Source of the DNA: Vicugna vicugna
Taxonomy: Eukaryota
DNA length: 64,000 bases
Assembly (NCBI GenBank): GCA_013265495.1
Contig: MU062626.1
Coordinates: 186,001 to 250,000, forward strand
Direction of reading: 5' to 3'
The notes below the pieces were generated by a model. It searched no databases and was not told the DNA's origin. It worked only from the letters and a program-made list of their open reading frames with translations. Shown one piece after another: positions 1-12,993 of the stretch (position 1 is the first letter of the stretch; every line of letters starts with the position of its first letter). A program made the translations under genes and the position numbers.

Positions 1-259
1 TTCTTCTGTATGTGCTATTGCCATACACCCTGCTCCCTAAGTCAGAACCCTGGAGAAAGTTTAGCTTGTTAATTTAGCCTCACATTGTGCACCCAAGCAA
101 TCACCAGTTTTTACCCCTCCATCCCTTCAGTACCTGCCCAGTTCAGACACACCTCCTCTCACCGAGACCATAGCCATCACTTACTTGCCAACTTCTAGCC
201 TCTAGTTCTTATTCTAGTTTATCATCACGTGACTTCTCGAGAAGTACTTCACACACCGA

Positions 260-720
260 CAATTTCATCATGTCACTCCTCTGCTCGATATTCTTCAATG
301 GCTCTCCATTGCTCACAGGAAAAACCACCTAACCCTGGAAGGTAAGGTCTAGGTCCTAGCCCACCAGATACCATTATCTTTCATCCCCAACACAATGTGA
401 TCAGCAGAGCTGAACTGCTCGAGGCCTCCAGATCACACTGAACTTTCCCACGCTGCTCTGCACATGCAATTTCTCTGTACAGAACATCACCCCCACAACC
501 TCACCTCCCCCTTTATTGTCCACCTGCAATCCACCAGGCAGAGCTCATCCTCAAGCCTCTCCACTCAGGACCTCCTCCTTTGTGATGCCTTCCTGGCTTC
601 CCCAGGTTACACAGGCCAGGCTCCTGGGACTGGCCTACCTCTCAGGTACATACTTCCAAGGTTCACACTCCCCTCTCATTGCATTTCCGTTTCATACTGC
701 GTTGAGGTTCTGCATCCATA
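260..720 (+). mobile_element. L2 LINE remnant (3' region)
   Basis: Contains catgtcactcctctgctc...caatggctctccattgc and later pyrimidine-rich segments resembling the recalled L2 3' consensus; highly diverged, edges approximate. Confidence 0.55.
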
Positions 721-1344
721 AATGATTTGCACAAGGTGCCATACTCGCTTTCAGTACAGAGAACCAAAGTAAGATTAATGGAAAGAACAAAAATAAAGTC
801 TAGACGCAGGAGTCTGGGCAACCAAATCATTCTAAGCTAAAAGGGAGTGAAGAGGCCCAGTGGCCCCTTGTAAAACTCACATGCAGACTTTACTCAACTT
901 AATTTCATTTGTATCATGGATTCCTCTATTACATGTTGAGATTTATTTTGTGGCTGTGAGGATTAAACAAGATAGCAAAGTGGTGTTGTACCCAGAGCAA
1001 AATGTCCTTTGTAGTGATTATCTACCATCCTTATTTCCTCTGCTGGTCACTCAAATCCTTGGATGCAAAGGCTGTGTCTTTTCAGAAGCTTCTCCTCAGA
1101 GCCTAGCAGTAGGCAGACAACTCTGTAAGTTCTCCATCAGTGAGAGGTGGCACTGCCTCTTGCTATTAAGATTCAGTGAGTTTTTTGAATGAATGTGCAA
1201 AATAATGAACTAGAAAGAAGACATTTTCTAATAATTCATGCCTTTGAGTCAGCAGGGTGCCTACCAGGCACTAGACACTCTTCTGAGGGCTGGGGAGAGG
1301 ACAGGGCTGTGAACCAGCACTGCTGTGAACACCACTCCCTACTG

Positions 1345-1735
1345 GATCCTCACCGGCAGGGTCCTCGTTTTCCCATTTCACAGATGAGGCAGCTAAGGAC
1401 AGATGCATGAGAGAGCTTGCTCGATTTGTTAGAGCTGGTTCAGACCCAGACAGACAAGACTGTGCTCTGAGCCTCTGTATTGCCCTGCCTCTCTGATCCG
1501 GTCCCTGTCCTCTGAAAGCATTCTGTGAAGTGCACCTTCTGTTCTAAGATCGTCACATTTATTACCTCCCTTAATCCTCACAGTAACCCCGAGGCAGGAT
1601 CTATCGTTTCCCCTCTTTTCAGACCAGGAAACAGGCTCAGAGACATTAGGTAACTGGGTTCACAGGATCTGGCTAATAAATGGTGAAACCAAATGTTGAG
1701 CCGGAGCAGACTCTGAAATCCAAACGCGGTTAACC
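1345..1735 (-). mobile_element. Two adjacent MIR SINE fragments
   Basis: MIR core in reverse: cccatttcacagatgaggcagctaagg (~1372) and cttttcagaccaggaaacaggctcagaga (~1615). Confidence 0.7.
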
Positions 1736-1878
1736 CACCCTGACATATTGCTTTCCCTTTGACCCAATTACTCAGACAAAAGCCGCATAATCAGTGAGAC
1801 CAACACTCAGAAGTGACACAGTCAGCGAACCAGTTAGGGGCTCTGGGTGAGCCTGGCTCAGAGGATCGCAGGAGGCTG

Positions 1879-1923
1879 GGGCGTGGCCCGGGTGGGCGTG
1901 GCCCGGGTGGGCGTGGCCTGTGT
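1879..1923. repeat. 15-bp tandem repeat x3 (GGGCGTGGCCCGGGT)
   Basis: Units at 1879-1893, 1894-1908 and 1909-1923 (third degenerate); each begins with GGGCGTGG. Confidence 0.95.
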
Positions 1924-2669
1924 GGAGGGCCCTCAGGGGTGGGACCTGGGTGTTAGGTGGGAAAGTTCATGAGGTCCTAGACACCCCAGAAGCCCTTCAT
2001 AGCGGGCAGAGGAGGGCTAGCTGACTTATCTTTGGAGTGCAGATCTTCCGAACTAGTAGTTCAAGAGAGACGTGCGGCTCCTGTATTGAGGGAGGCAGGG
2101 GGTCACTGCGGGGCAGAAACAGGCTTCAGCCCCTCACCAGCCGTGTGACCCGGGGCCCTCACCCTCTGTCTCCGGTGGCCTAGAGGGCTTTATGAGTACA
2201 TAGGCAATAGACAGTACTTGCTTCTGTGCTGAAAATCTCTAACACATCATTGGTAAGTATTCAGACCCGACCACTCTACCAAAAACCCTCTCTTGCCAAA
2301 TGCAAACGTCTCTTCTTAGGTCTCATTCTCTTTTATTTTCTCTGGCCCCTGCCTCTGCCCATGGCTCCACTCTTTGCTCGACCCTCTCTCTAGTCTGATA
2401 CTCTTCATTCCACACACCCTCACACCTCTAGCGGGTGGCTGCTTCAGTAGATGTCACCTTTGTCACTAGATTCCCAGCCCCACTATCACCTTTGAGATAC
2501 TGTCCAAGTCAGCATCTCTGGCCCTGTTCTCTCATTCTAGCCTTGTTTTGATCTCCAGTTGCCACCTTTTTGTTCCAAGATTCCTCCCCTGTTTCAGAGC
2601 ATGAGGGACCACACTCTCTGTAATACTTCTCTCAGCTCTAGTCTTTGGTTTGGGGCAGCCAAACAGAAC

Positions 2670-2975
2670 ACATAAATATTTAAGAATGCACATTTTATAT
2701 GATCCAACATTCCACTTGTGGGAATCTATCTTACAGAAATACACAAATCCTCAGGAACATAGGGTACAAGATGTGAATTGTGGCTTAATAAAAGAACATT
2801 AGAACAGCTTTTGGGTGAAATGGTGAATTATGATATATTCATACCATGAGAGAATAAACAAATTAGAAAAAGGCACGTCTATGAGAACTGATATAAAAAG
2901 ATTCTGCAAAGTATGTTAAAAAAAAGCAAGCTGCAGAATAATATTTGTACTGTTATCCCATTTCTAGATGTGCTT
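2670..2975 (+). mobile_element. Old L1M (L1ME-like) 3' fragment
   Basis: tatgatccaacattccacttgtgggaatctatc...aaaagcaagctgcagaataat resembles the ancient L1 3' end. Confidence 0.6.
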
Positions 2976-4649
2976 GGGAGAAAGCATGCATATGAATATA
3001 AATCAAGGTTTAAACCAGGGTACCGAAATTACAGTGTCTTTGGGACTAACCTGAAAGCTCCTGACATGTATATCAGAGCCTAAGAATAAATGACAGGGCC
3101 TCATTTTAAAGTATTAAATTGCAAAAACTTTAAAGAGTCATCTCATTATGACTCTTTGTTAAATCTCTATGGGTGTGGAGGAGATAGAGTTCCTGGAGTA
3201 GGAAGGAATCTAAAACCTACAAGGTCTTTGTGGCTAGAGTGGCAGAAAACAAAGCAAAAGCCTTGGAGATGTCCCCTTCGGGTGTTTGTATTCTATTCCA
3301 GGAACTGTGGAAGCTGCTGGGAGATCTTCACTAAAGGAGCAGGCATGGGTAGTGGCAATTTGGAAAAAGGTGTGAAGCATCAAAGATGATTTGATTGTCA
3401 TTTGCTGAGATAGACAATCTCAGAGATTAGCAGTTTGATGGGGCGGGCTGAGCGGAAGAGTCTGGGGATCCAAGCATGTGGGGCAGTGGAGAAGGAAGCT
3501 TGAGTGAGTTCAGATCATGGCCCTTAGAAATCAGGCTGGAGACAGAAATGTGAGTTGACAGCACGTAGACATTTAGAGTGAACAGGAGAAAATGGTCCAA
3601 GGTTAATCCTAAGAGCTCTGACATTTCATTATGAGGATTAAGTGGATGACACATTTAAAGCCCCCAGTGCAGTGCCTGGAACAGAGCAGGCACTCAATAC
3701 ATGTTAGTTTTCTTCCTCTCAAGAGACACTTGTTAAATGAGCTGATTGTCAGCAATTAATCCCAAGTGAGACTGACATTTAAGGATGAATCTGCAAATAG
3801 GATCACAAAGCTAATTCAGAATACTAGCCATTGCACACATGTTGAGTTACACAAATGAAAGTGTTTCAAGAAAGGAAATTCTGTTCCTGTACCCACCGTG
3901 GGAACCGCAGATGGTCTCCGGTGCCTCTTCCCTGGTGGGTCCAGTGGAGATGGGGGAGAGGGGTGCAGATGCCGGGTTCGCTCCCCAGCTCACCTACGAG
4001 AATACTTTATACTGTCTGAGAATGCCTTATGGGTCCTGCTGACTGGGCGTGGACAAACCCATTTCAAAGGATCTGTTTCCATCTTCCACTCTGCCCCTCC
4101 CTGTTTGTCCCACCCTAGGCCCTAGGGTGAACCTCAAAAGGATAGACAATAGGAACATCTAAATTTTCAGCTCTGGGAAAAAAAAATTAATCCCTAGCAG
4201 CTTCTGTGGGACATTCCTGGTTTGGAAATTTGCTGAAGAGGCTCCTTCTAGCCGTTCCCGTCCTATTATGCCCCTTTCTTCAATGATAAGAATCAATTTG
4301 CCTTTTCTAGGGGAGATCTGGCTCACTATTATCTTTTGTGTTACTAAAGCTTATTGACTAGGGAATTTCAGGTGCTGTTCTGAAGGTGAGTGAGAGTGGA
4401 GTGCAATAACTTCGTCCTAGAGTTCGGGCTTTAACGAATGGGAGGAGATTTGAGAAGACTGGGAGGGGAACTAGCGTGGAGCCCCACAGCTGATCCTGCC
4501 TTGTTCATGCTGAGGTGCCTACTGGATACCCACATGCAGGGGTTAAGGAGGCAAGCGAATTTATGCAGCTGGGGCTACAGCAAAGTCAGAACTGAAGATA
4601 GAAATTTAGGACTTACCTTCCTTTAAATCAAGTGTGATTAACTTTTTAA

Positions 4650-5105
4650 GCCATGGACCCCTTTGATAGTCTGGTGAAACCACTTTCTCAGACTCTCCTT
4701 TCTCAGAATGAGGTTTTTAAATGCATAAAATAAAATACATAAGATTACAAAAGAAGCCATCTTAAAATATAATTGTTTTAAAAGTTGTGATAAAGTAATA
4801 GAATATCCTCCTGTATTAATATATTAAATAACAGATCTCGTGGGTAAATCTGTTAATGACTTGAGATCTGAGAAATTAAAAACCATAATTTCAAAGCAAT
4901 AAAAAAGGAAATTCTTTAGCTATCTGGAACAATTGTAATGTAATATGAAAGTGCTTGTGATCTCTGTTGGTGACGAAGCCACAGGAACTGCCGTGCTATG
5001 AGCTTAGACTCCTTTGTTTATGGATTTCAGTTAGAGATTAGTGAAAATAGGATATTTTCCTCCATCCAAGTTAATGGATGCTCCGAATGGCATTTAAAAC
5101 CACAG
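4650..5105. mobile_element. hAT-type (MER/Charlie) DNA transposon fossil
   Basis: ccatggacccctttgatagtctggtgaa...aaatgcataaaataaaatacataagattaca...tttcagttagagattagtgaaaata...ccatccaagtt matches a recalled hAT MER consensus; subfamily not assigned. Confidence 0.6.
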
Positions 5106-5264
5106 AACACAATGAAATCAACTAGTATATAGACAAAGAACACAGCAAACTGGCTGCCTGGAGATGATGTGGTTGTTAATCCCGGGTCAGGCTGCTGCCA
5201 GCGAGGGGGGAATGTCCCCTTCTACCTCCTTCTGGTGGCCTAGTGGCCAGCCTTGCTTGAGAAT

Positions 5265-5765
5265 TGTAGAGGAGGAGGCAGTTTTCCTCAGCCTTCTTAG
5301 GGTCCCTAGCTGGGTTTAGAAATTAAACAGAGACAGATTAACAGGAGAAAGGCATACAATTTTATTGAAGTTTTACTGTTTATAAGAGAATGAAGGCATG
5401 AAGAAGTGACCAGAGTGGGAAGCGTTTACACCTTTTCGACAAGGAAACGATAAATTTGTGAAGAATTGACAAGACAAAGGGGTTTGGGCGAGGGAGTCGT
5501 CCAACTAAGGCTGGTTAGTTCTTCTCTTCCTTAACTGGGAAGATAAGGGTTAGTTTAACAACATTTATCTCCAGATTCCACTAGTTGGTCTCTGGGCTGA
5601 TAAGTGTCTGTCTCCAGTCAGAAGGGAATAAATAAATTAATAACCTGTCTTTAGGCAGAAAAAGGGGAGCCTTTCTGCATTTACTGCTTCTTAATTGCTT
5701 TCAGCTCAGAATTATTTTTATGTCAAAGAGGCATATTTGGGGGTGAAATATTCTAATTTCCTTCA
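5265..5765 (-). mobile_element. ERV1-class solo LTR (MER34-like), 501 bp
   Basis: Sense strand starts TGAAGGAAATTAGAATATTTCACCCCCAAATATGCCTCTTTGACATA and ends CTACA; perfect 4-bp TSD GAAT at 5261-5264 and 5766-5769; homologous to the LTR at 28626-30072. Confidence 0.85.
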
Positions 5766-5769
5766 GAAT

Positions 5770-5900
5770 CATCTGGAAAGTTAAAAGTGCGTATTTCCAG
5801 ACCTCATCTCCAGAGAGTCCAATCTGTTGTATTAGATTAAGATGGGACACAGCAATGTGCGTTTTCAACAATTGATCAACTCGAGGCTGACTATCCTTGG
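5770..5900. mobile_element. MER5A-like hAT fragment (probable host of the 5265-5765 LTR)
   Basis: gaatcatctggaaagttaaaagtgcgtatttccagacctcatctccagagagtcc resembles MER5A. Confidence 0.5.
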
Positions 5901-5989
5901 AGAAATGTTGCCTCAGAGGGTGAATAGGGGAGAAATGGGGAGGTAAAACAGGGTGTGAGTGGAGCACAGTGGGGGAGGGGAACTGGCAA

Positions 5990-6250
5990 TGAAGTGGGAG
6001 AGGAAATTAGCCAGATCCTAAAGCTGGGTTAAAGAATTTTATTTTATTTAACGTGATGGGAACCCACTGGAGGATTTTAAGGTGGGGAATGGATGAGATT
6101 TGATTTACATCGATGACTGCTTTACAGAGAATGGATTGGGGTTGGAAACAGGAAAAATGCTAGGAGCCTATTGGAACAAGTCCAAGACGAGGGACTGAGC
6201 AGGGGAGATGGCAGGAGTAGCAGCATCGCTGAGAGAGGCTAGAGGAGCTG
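5990..6250 (-). mobile_element. L2 remnant
   Basis: gccagatcctaaag...gggaacccactggaggattttaaggtgggg...gagaatggattgggg resembles reverse-strand L2. Confidence 0.6.
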
Positions 6251-6817
6251 GGTGCTTTGTGGGAGAGGGTCAGTCCTGCTGTTGGAGCAGCTGCGGGCTG
6301 TGAAGGAAAGACAAGAGTCAAGGCGAGTGCTGGGTCCCCCACTAACTCAGATCTTCTCTCTCACTTTGAGCACCACCAGACACAGTCAACTCACTTCCCC
6401 AGGCCTCAAAACCTGCCCTCTCCTCCTCCCTCCATCCAAATCCACAAAGGCAGTCTCATCACTCCCCTTCTTAAAATTCTTAGGTGAGTCCCTAATTGCC
6501 GTTAGACCAAAGCCCACATTCCTTAGGGAAAGGGAAAGGAATGACAGGTTAAGTACTTTTTCTACATTGAATCCTCATTTAATCCCTCCCAGAATTCCAT
6601 AAGGAAGTGATTATCCCTATTTTATGGGTAATACACTGCATCCAGAGGTGAAAGAATTTACCCAGGATGACAGGGTCACAGAGCCATTAAACGCCAGGTG
6701 CTCGTTCACAAGAAGCCAATGGTTTCCAAACATGGCGGCCATAACAGGGGCTCTGGCTGCGGGGTGGTGAACTCCCAGGGCAACAGTTTCTAAATTTCCT
6801 GGAAGGAGGTGACTTTC

Positions 6818-8200
6818 CTTTTTTTTTTTTTTTTAAAGATAGACTTTATTTTTTAGAGCAGTTCTACATTCATAGCAAAATTGAGTGGACAGTACAGAGA
6901 TTTCCCACATACCTTCTGTCTCTACATATGCACAGCCTTCCCCATTATCAGCCTCCCCCAATGGAGTGTTGCATTTATGACAGCTGGCGAACCCGCGCTG
7001 ACACGCCATCGTCACCGGAGTCCATAGTTTACATTAGGGTTCACTCTTGGTGGTGTACATTGTATGGGTTTGGACATATGTAGATTGACATGTAGCTACT
7101 GTTATATAATATCACACAGAGTAGTTTCAGTGCCCTTAAATTCCTTGGCGCTCTGTCTTACCGTTCCTTCCTCTCGCTCGCCCTGGCAACCACTGATCTT
7201 TTTCTGTCTCCATAGTTTTGCCTTTCCCAAGAAAGGCATATACNNNNNNNNNNNNNNNNNNNNNNNNNNNNNNNNNNNNNNNNNNNNNNNNNNNNNNNNN
7301 NNNNNNNNNNNNNNNNNNNNNNNNNNNNNNNNNNNNNNNNNNNNNNNNNNNNNNNNNNNNNNNNNNNNNNNNNNNNNNNNNNNNNNNNNNNNNNNNNNNN
7401 NNNNNNNNNNNNNNNNNNNNNNCTTCCAAGTTTGGGAATTAAGAGTCAAGCTGCTATAAACACCCATGTGCAGGTTTTTCTGTTGACATTAGTTTGCAAA
7501 GCCATTGAGTTAATGGGTGATTACTTGATAATATGGTTAAAAATGTTCAGTTTTGTAAGAAATCACCAAAGTGGCTTCATCATTTTGCATTTCCTCTTGC
7601 TCCACATCCTTATCAATATTTGACGTTTTCAGTGTTCTGAATTTTCACCATTTTAATAGGTGTGTAGTGGTATCTCATTGTTTTAATTTGCATTTCTCCG
7701 ATGACCTGCAACGTGGAGCACCATTTCATGTTTATTTGCCATCTATATATCCTCTTCGGTGAGGTGTCCGTTAAGGTCTCTGGCCCATCTTTTAATCAGT
7801 TGTTTGTTTTCTTATAGTTAACTTTTAAGAGTTCTTTGAATATTTTAGATAACAGTCCTTTATCAGATACGCCTTTTGCAAATATTGTCTCCCAGTCTGT
7901 GGCTTATCTTTTCATGCTCGGAGTCTGTCACAATGCAGGAAAATCTAATTTTAGTGAAGTCCAGCTCATCAATGACTTCTTTCATGGCTCAAGCCTTTGG
8001 TGTTGTATCTAAAAAGTCATTGCCAAACCCAAGGCCATCCAGGTTTTAATCGGTGTTATCCTGCAGGAATTTTATAGTGTTGCATTTTACGCTTAGGTCT
8101 GTGATCTATTTGGAGTTAATTTTGGTGAAGCACATAAGCTCTGTGTCTGGGTTCCTTTTCAGTGTGCGTGGAGCTCAGCGGTCCGAGCACCACATGGTAG
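6818..8200 (-). mobile_element. L1MB/L1MC-type LINE-1 3' fragment spanning the assembly gap
   Basis: Poly-T tail at 6818-6834, then tttttagagcagttctacattcatagcaaaattgag...gatttcccacatacc; L1 ORF2/3'UTR-like sequence resumes after the Ns. Confidence 0.8.
7244..7422. other. Assembly gap (179 N)
   Basis: Run of N in the sequence. Confidence 1.
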
Positions 8201-8529
8201 GCTGTGGTGTGTTGTGTTGACCACAGTCGGGCACATTTATAGCTGTGACAGAAGATCAGCCAAGGCATCTCTGTAGAGGTTTCTTGAAGGAGTGTGTGGT
8301 CTTAAAGGAGACACTGTGTCTCTTTAAGCACCTTCCAGCTTTCCTGCAGGGTGATAAAAAAATACAACAGAATATCAGGAGAGCACCTATCCTGGGAGGA
8401 AGCCTGGTGGGGTGGGGAGGGTTGAGGGGGTGGAAATGTTCTGTCCCTTGATCTGGGTGATGGTGGCCTGTCAAAATTTGTGTACTGTATGGATGTCATG
8501 TCTCAATTACAAAAATAATAGAGGGAGTG

Positions 8530-8680
8530 CGTAGGTTGAGAGACTGGGCTCAGGTAAATCTGAGTCTGAACCTCCGGCTATGTGAGTTGGACGGGTCACT
8601 TCCCTGTCTCCAGACCTCAGTTTTCTCACCTGTAAAATGGATATTATAGCTTCTACCCTTAGTTATATAATGTAAAGTTT
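8530..8680 (+). mobile_element. MIR SINE
   Basis: cctcagttttctcacctgtaaaatggatattatag MIR core. Confidence 0.75.
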
Positions 8681-10589
8681 GGCAAATCTTAAGATTAAGA
8701 GTTCAATAACTTGTAAAGGAGTTAATTCTTCTTTGCTTATGTTATCACTGAAGACAGGATGATGGAAATACACTTTATCAGGGACATTTCCATTAGAGAC
8801 CACCAAAAATGTTTTGTTAGTGAAAAGGAGCTATATGTCCCAGCCAGCCAGGAGAGGAGGACCCACTCTGATGCAACATTAATCATGTGACCTCTTGGGA
8901 CAAGGCAATAAACTTCTTTTTAGTTCCATTTTTCTTTTCTGTAAGATAAGGGCAAAAATCTCTGCAGCTGCTGTTAATGATATGAAATAGGGAAAGCGTG
9001 AGTCAAAATCCTGATACCAGGACTGTCATCCGAGGAGGGAATCAGAGAATCATGGTGGTGCCCCCTGGCGGGAGCTCTGTTATCACCACATGGAGGGATA
9101 CGCTGAAATCTCCTTTTTTCTTTTTTCTAATTATCCAAGATTCTGCCTGGACTGGAAGAGCTCAGCTGAGGGCGAGACTATTTCACACACCCTGGGTGTC
9201 AAATCTCTTCCTCTTGGGGGATTTCCTGATAGTTTTAAGTGTGTCGCTGAAGCAGTAGGCGATGTCCCAGAGCAAACTCTGTCTTTTGTTGTTGCTTGGT
9301 GTAGGGTGTTAAGGGACTGCGTTCTCTGGAAGTTGTTCAAAAGCAGTCCAGGAAATAGTTTTAGAGCACGTCGCGATTCTGGTAGGGTTCTGAGAAGAGC
9401 GGGATTAGGGAACAGGAAAAAGGCAATCAGTTGAAAAGAATTGTGGACTTTAAAAGTATCATTAGATGTGTACGTTATGCTTTCTCCAAAGTCAGAAAGA
9501 GTAAGTGTGATGGAGTGAGAATCAGTTAATCATAAAGACGTCCAGCTGCCAACGTTCCCAGCCCCCACCAGCTGCTAATTCTTTATTCCCCTGAGGCTGA
9601 AGGTCTGTGACTTAACCAAATCCATAAAGTGTTTCTAGTTTTCAGTTTTATGTTTCAAAAATAACTTAGCCAGATCGTACTTTAGGAAAACGTCAGGCCA
9701 TTGGACCATACATTTAGGACTAGATTAAGCTCTGGGGGTTTCAAGTAGCCAATAAAACTACAGAGTCCACACTGTCAGAGTTGTCGGAAGATCACAGGTC
9801 GTGACCAGAACACCGTGCAAAGCAGCCCCTTTACTCGCACATCCTGGGATCTCAGTGCCAAGGGGAATCAAGTCTTCCATGACAACTGGGTTTTAAGAGA
9901 AATCAGACTTTCGTGACTTTTGGGCTGGATAATTCTGTGGTATGGGAGCTGCTCTGTGCCTTGTAGATTCTTGCCTACATCCTGGGCTCTCCCCACTGGA
10001 TGCCAGTAGCCCCCTACCCCACCGTGTCACAATCAGAAATATCTCCAGACTCTGCCAAGTGCCTCCTCAGAGGCAAAAATCACCCCTAGCTGAGAATCAC
10101 TGCGTAAATAAAGACTCAAGATACAATAGCATCTTATGCAATTTTGTTGTGATTTTGTTTTGGGGAAGACTGTTTTAGCTGGAGCATCTCACAGAGACTA
10201 GGGTAAGAGGAGGAAAAAGTAGTCTTAAGTCAGGCTGGGCTGGAACATTGTGTTCTGGATTGGTCCTCAGAGATCATTGGTTAAACTTCATTTTACAGCG
10301 AAGCAGACCATTTATCAAGGCAGAGTCTGTGATCTGGAAAACACTGGAAAACTCCCATGGACTCCCCCCCCCTTTTCTGAGATTAAATCCACTTAAAGAG
10401 TTAAAGAAGAATCGTATTAAAATTTATAACCTAAACATAAGGAAAGTAGTGTTTCATGCACAGCCTTCTGCATGGTTACAGTGGGCAATGTGTTCTGTTC
10501 AACTCAATATAATACTCACTTCTTCTCGAGGACTAATGAACATGCCAGGCCTGGAGTGAAGTGCTTTAAACTTAGTGAATCATTCAAGT

Positions 10590-10750
10590 GTTGCAGCAAC
10601 CCAACAGGGTAGATACTCTCACCATCCTCATTTTAAAGATAAGGAAATTGAGGCTTAGTGAGGTTGAGTTGCCGAAGTCCAAGCCTTGTGAATGGTGGGC
10701 CTGGGGTACAAATTCAGGTGGCAGACTCCAGAGTCCACTCTCCTAATCAC
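10590..10750 (-). mobile_element. MIR SINE
   Basis: cctcattttaaagataaggaaattgaggcttag reverse MIR core. Confidence 0.75.
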
Positions 10751-10948
10751 TCGGCTCAGTGGCCTAGCAGGAGGGGAAGAATTTTCTAATAGGTAAATTT
10801 GGCTGCCCTGAGGAGGACTGGATTCCTGTGAGCAGAAGGGCAGGATGAGTTGAAGGGGTTCTCGTACAGGGTGTAAAGTCTGTTTATATGGAGGACTCAC
10901 CGAACTCAGCTCTGATAATCTATGCTCGAGGGGCTAAAAACAGAAATG

Positions 10949-11577
10949 CAGTTGATTCTTATTACTCAGATTCTGTATCTGCAAATTCACCTATTTGCTA
11001 AAATTTACTTGGACTCTTGTGTCATTTGTGGATGTGTGTGGACTGGAGAGAAATTTCGGCTGCGCGTTCTCAGCTGAGGTCAGGCGAGATGACATTTCTT
11101 ATTTCTGCTGTCATACTGTGAGCAAGTGTCATTTCCCCATCTTTTTCATGCCACGTTTTTTTGCATTTTTATGCAAAAATGCATTTTTTCTCTTTTTTGG
11201 TGATTTTGCTATTTAAAATAGCCCTCAACCCTAGTGCTACCGTGCTGCCTAGTGTTGTTCCCAAGGGCAAAGCAGGCTGTGATGTGCCCTGGAGAGAAGA
11301 GACGTGAGTTAGACAAGCTGTCTTCAGGCATGAGTTACTGCGCTGTTGGCTGTAAATTCAGCATTAATGGATCAACCGGATGTATTAAATAAGGGGTTTT
11401 TAGACAGAAGCACACATAAAGCAAAGTTGTGTATTGATTGTTTGATGAAAATGTGACCACAGTTTCTCAGGAACTGAACTGTGTATTTCCTCTAGGAACA
11501 ATGGTTCAGTATTTGCTAATTCAGTTTTCCTGGTGAATTTATAGACAATAATTACCACGAATTACAAGAATTGGCTG
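10949..11577 (+). mobile_element. TcMar-Tigger non-autonomous transposon (MER82-like), ~630 bp
   Basis: Degenerate terminal inverted repeats CAGTTGATTCTTATTA / GAATTACAAGAATTGGCTG, TA at the right flank (11578-11579), and internal gattttgctatttaaaatagccc...ggttcagtatttgctaattcag matching a recalled Tigger-family consensus. Confidence 0.75.
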
Positions 11578-12891
11578 TATTAAGCTTTATGCTGAAAAAT
11601 ATACATTTTCAGCAGCAGTGGGAGGAGGCTTACAAGATGTGCTCTCCCCTCGGGGAAAATGTGCTGGCAAATTTGGTGCATCGTGGTGAGAATAATCAAC
11701 ATGCAGGAGTCATTTTACTTTGTTACATTAGATGGTTTAGAAGACGTTCCTTTTTAGGGCATCAGGCAGGTTTTATCTCATTTGACCCCAGATAGTAGTT
11801 GTAATTTTTCACTCATATATTTTCTTTTGCTCATAGAAAATTTCTGCTGATTGTAGGAAATCCCATTTCAGTTCCCACGTTGTGCTGGAAATGCACTTAG
11901 ATAACTGGTGGGTTTAGGAGATGCTCAAGAAAATGCCCCGTATTCAAGTGATATGACTGAAATTGAATCACACAGAGGACACAAATGGTTTGCAAAAGCA
12001 TTTGGAAGACGCCTGGGTGTGAAGGACTAAAGAAGTGGTAAGAAAACCAAACGGGCTGGTGTGAGGAACCTGGGATTGACTTCCTGGTCTTTCACTCCTG
12101 AGGTTAGCTTGGAACTTCAAGAAAAAACACTTTTCTCCAGGTGCCTCGGGGTCATTCCATCCGCCCTGCTGGCTGTACTAGTCACTCTCTCGCTCCTTTC
12201 CGGCTGAATAATGGATTGACTCATGGCCTGTTTGAAACTTGTGCTCTGCTTTTCTTGACCCAACCTTTGAGGTCTGAGGTCTAGGAAGGGAAAGGGCATC
12301 TCTCTGATGAGCTGGGGAGAAGAAAGGAGCTCCCTTCTGCATCCCCTCCTTCCTTCTGCAGATGCTGCCCTGGTCCAGTGAGACCAGTCTTGCCCCCACC
12401 ACCCCACCATTTCCCAGCAAGGGGCCTTCCCTGACGGCATTGCCTGTAAGTCTCGTCCCTAGCAGGGTCTCCACCAAACAACGGGCCTGAATCTTGCAGG
12501 GCATCCTGTCCTTTGCAGCCATGTGAAGCCAGGGCCTCTCTGAATCTGCAGTGAAAAAACATTTGCAGTTTCAAGGACAGATCTCAGGACTTTTAAATAA
12601 CTGACTGAGTTTGATGAGGATTATCTTTGAATCTGTGACCGCATCGCTACTGTTATCATTTTAGTAGAAGTATTCAGGTTCAGTATTGTTTTAGTAGAAA
12701 GTCTTCTAGTCTTTCTATTGTGTGGGACAGAAACGGTGTCCCCAGCAGAAGTTATGGCTCATGTGAGTTACAGGGAGGTGCACACACAGAAGCCATGCAG
12801 CTGGCGAGGCCGGCTGGGGTCAGCTATCCCTGCTTCCCATTTGTGAGCAGCATAGAATGAACAACAGACAATGTATAGTTAGCAGTATTTT

Positions 12892-12993
12892 AATTTAAAT
12901 TAAATTTAATGTTTTAAATGGAGGTGCTGGGTATTGAACCCAGGACCTCCTGCATGCTAAGCATGTGCTCTACCACTGAGCTATACCCTCCCC
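12892..12993 (-). mobile_element. tRNA-Ala(AGC)-derived SINE (camelid Vic-1-like)
   Basis: Minus strand reads GGGGAGGGTATAGCTCAGTGGTAGAGCACATGCTTAGCATGCAGGAGGTCCTGGGTTCAATACCCAGCACCTCCA plus an AT-rich tail; A/B boxes and AGC anticodon are present but the acceptor stem is mismatched; 13-bp TSD (11/13) at 12879-12891 and 12994-13006. Confidence 0.85.

Noticed and set aside
8409-8430. G-quadruplex motif
   Set aside because: It lies in the G-rich tract of an old L1 3' UTR, a known feature rather than a locus-specific one.
12919-12990. Functional tRNA-Ala gene
   Set aside because: Two acceptor-stem mismatches, extra 5' Gs, an AT-rich tail and a TSD indicate a SINE.
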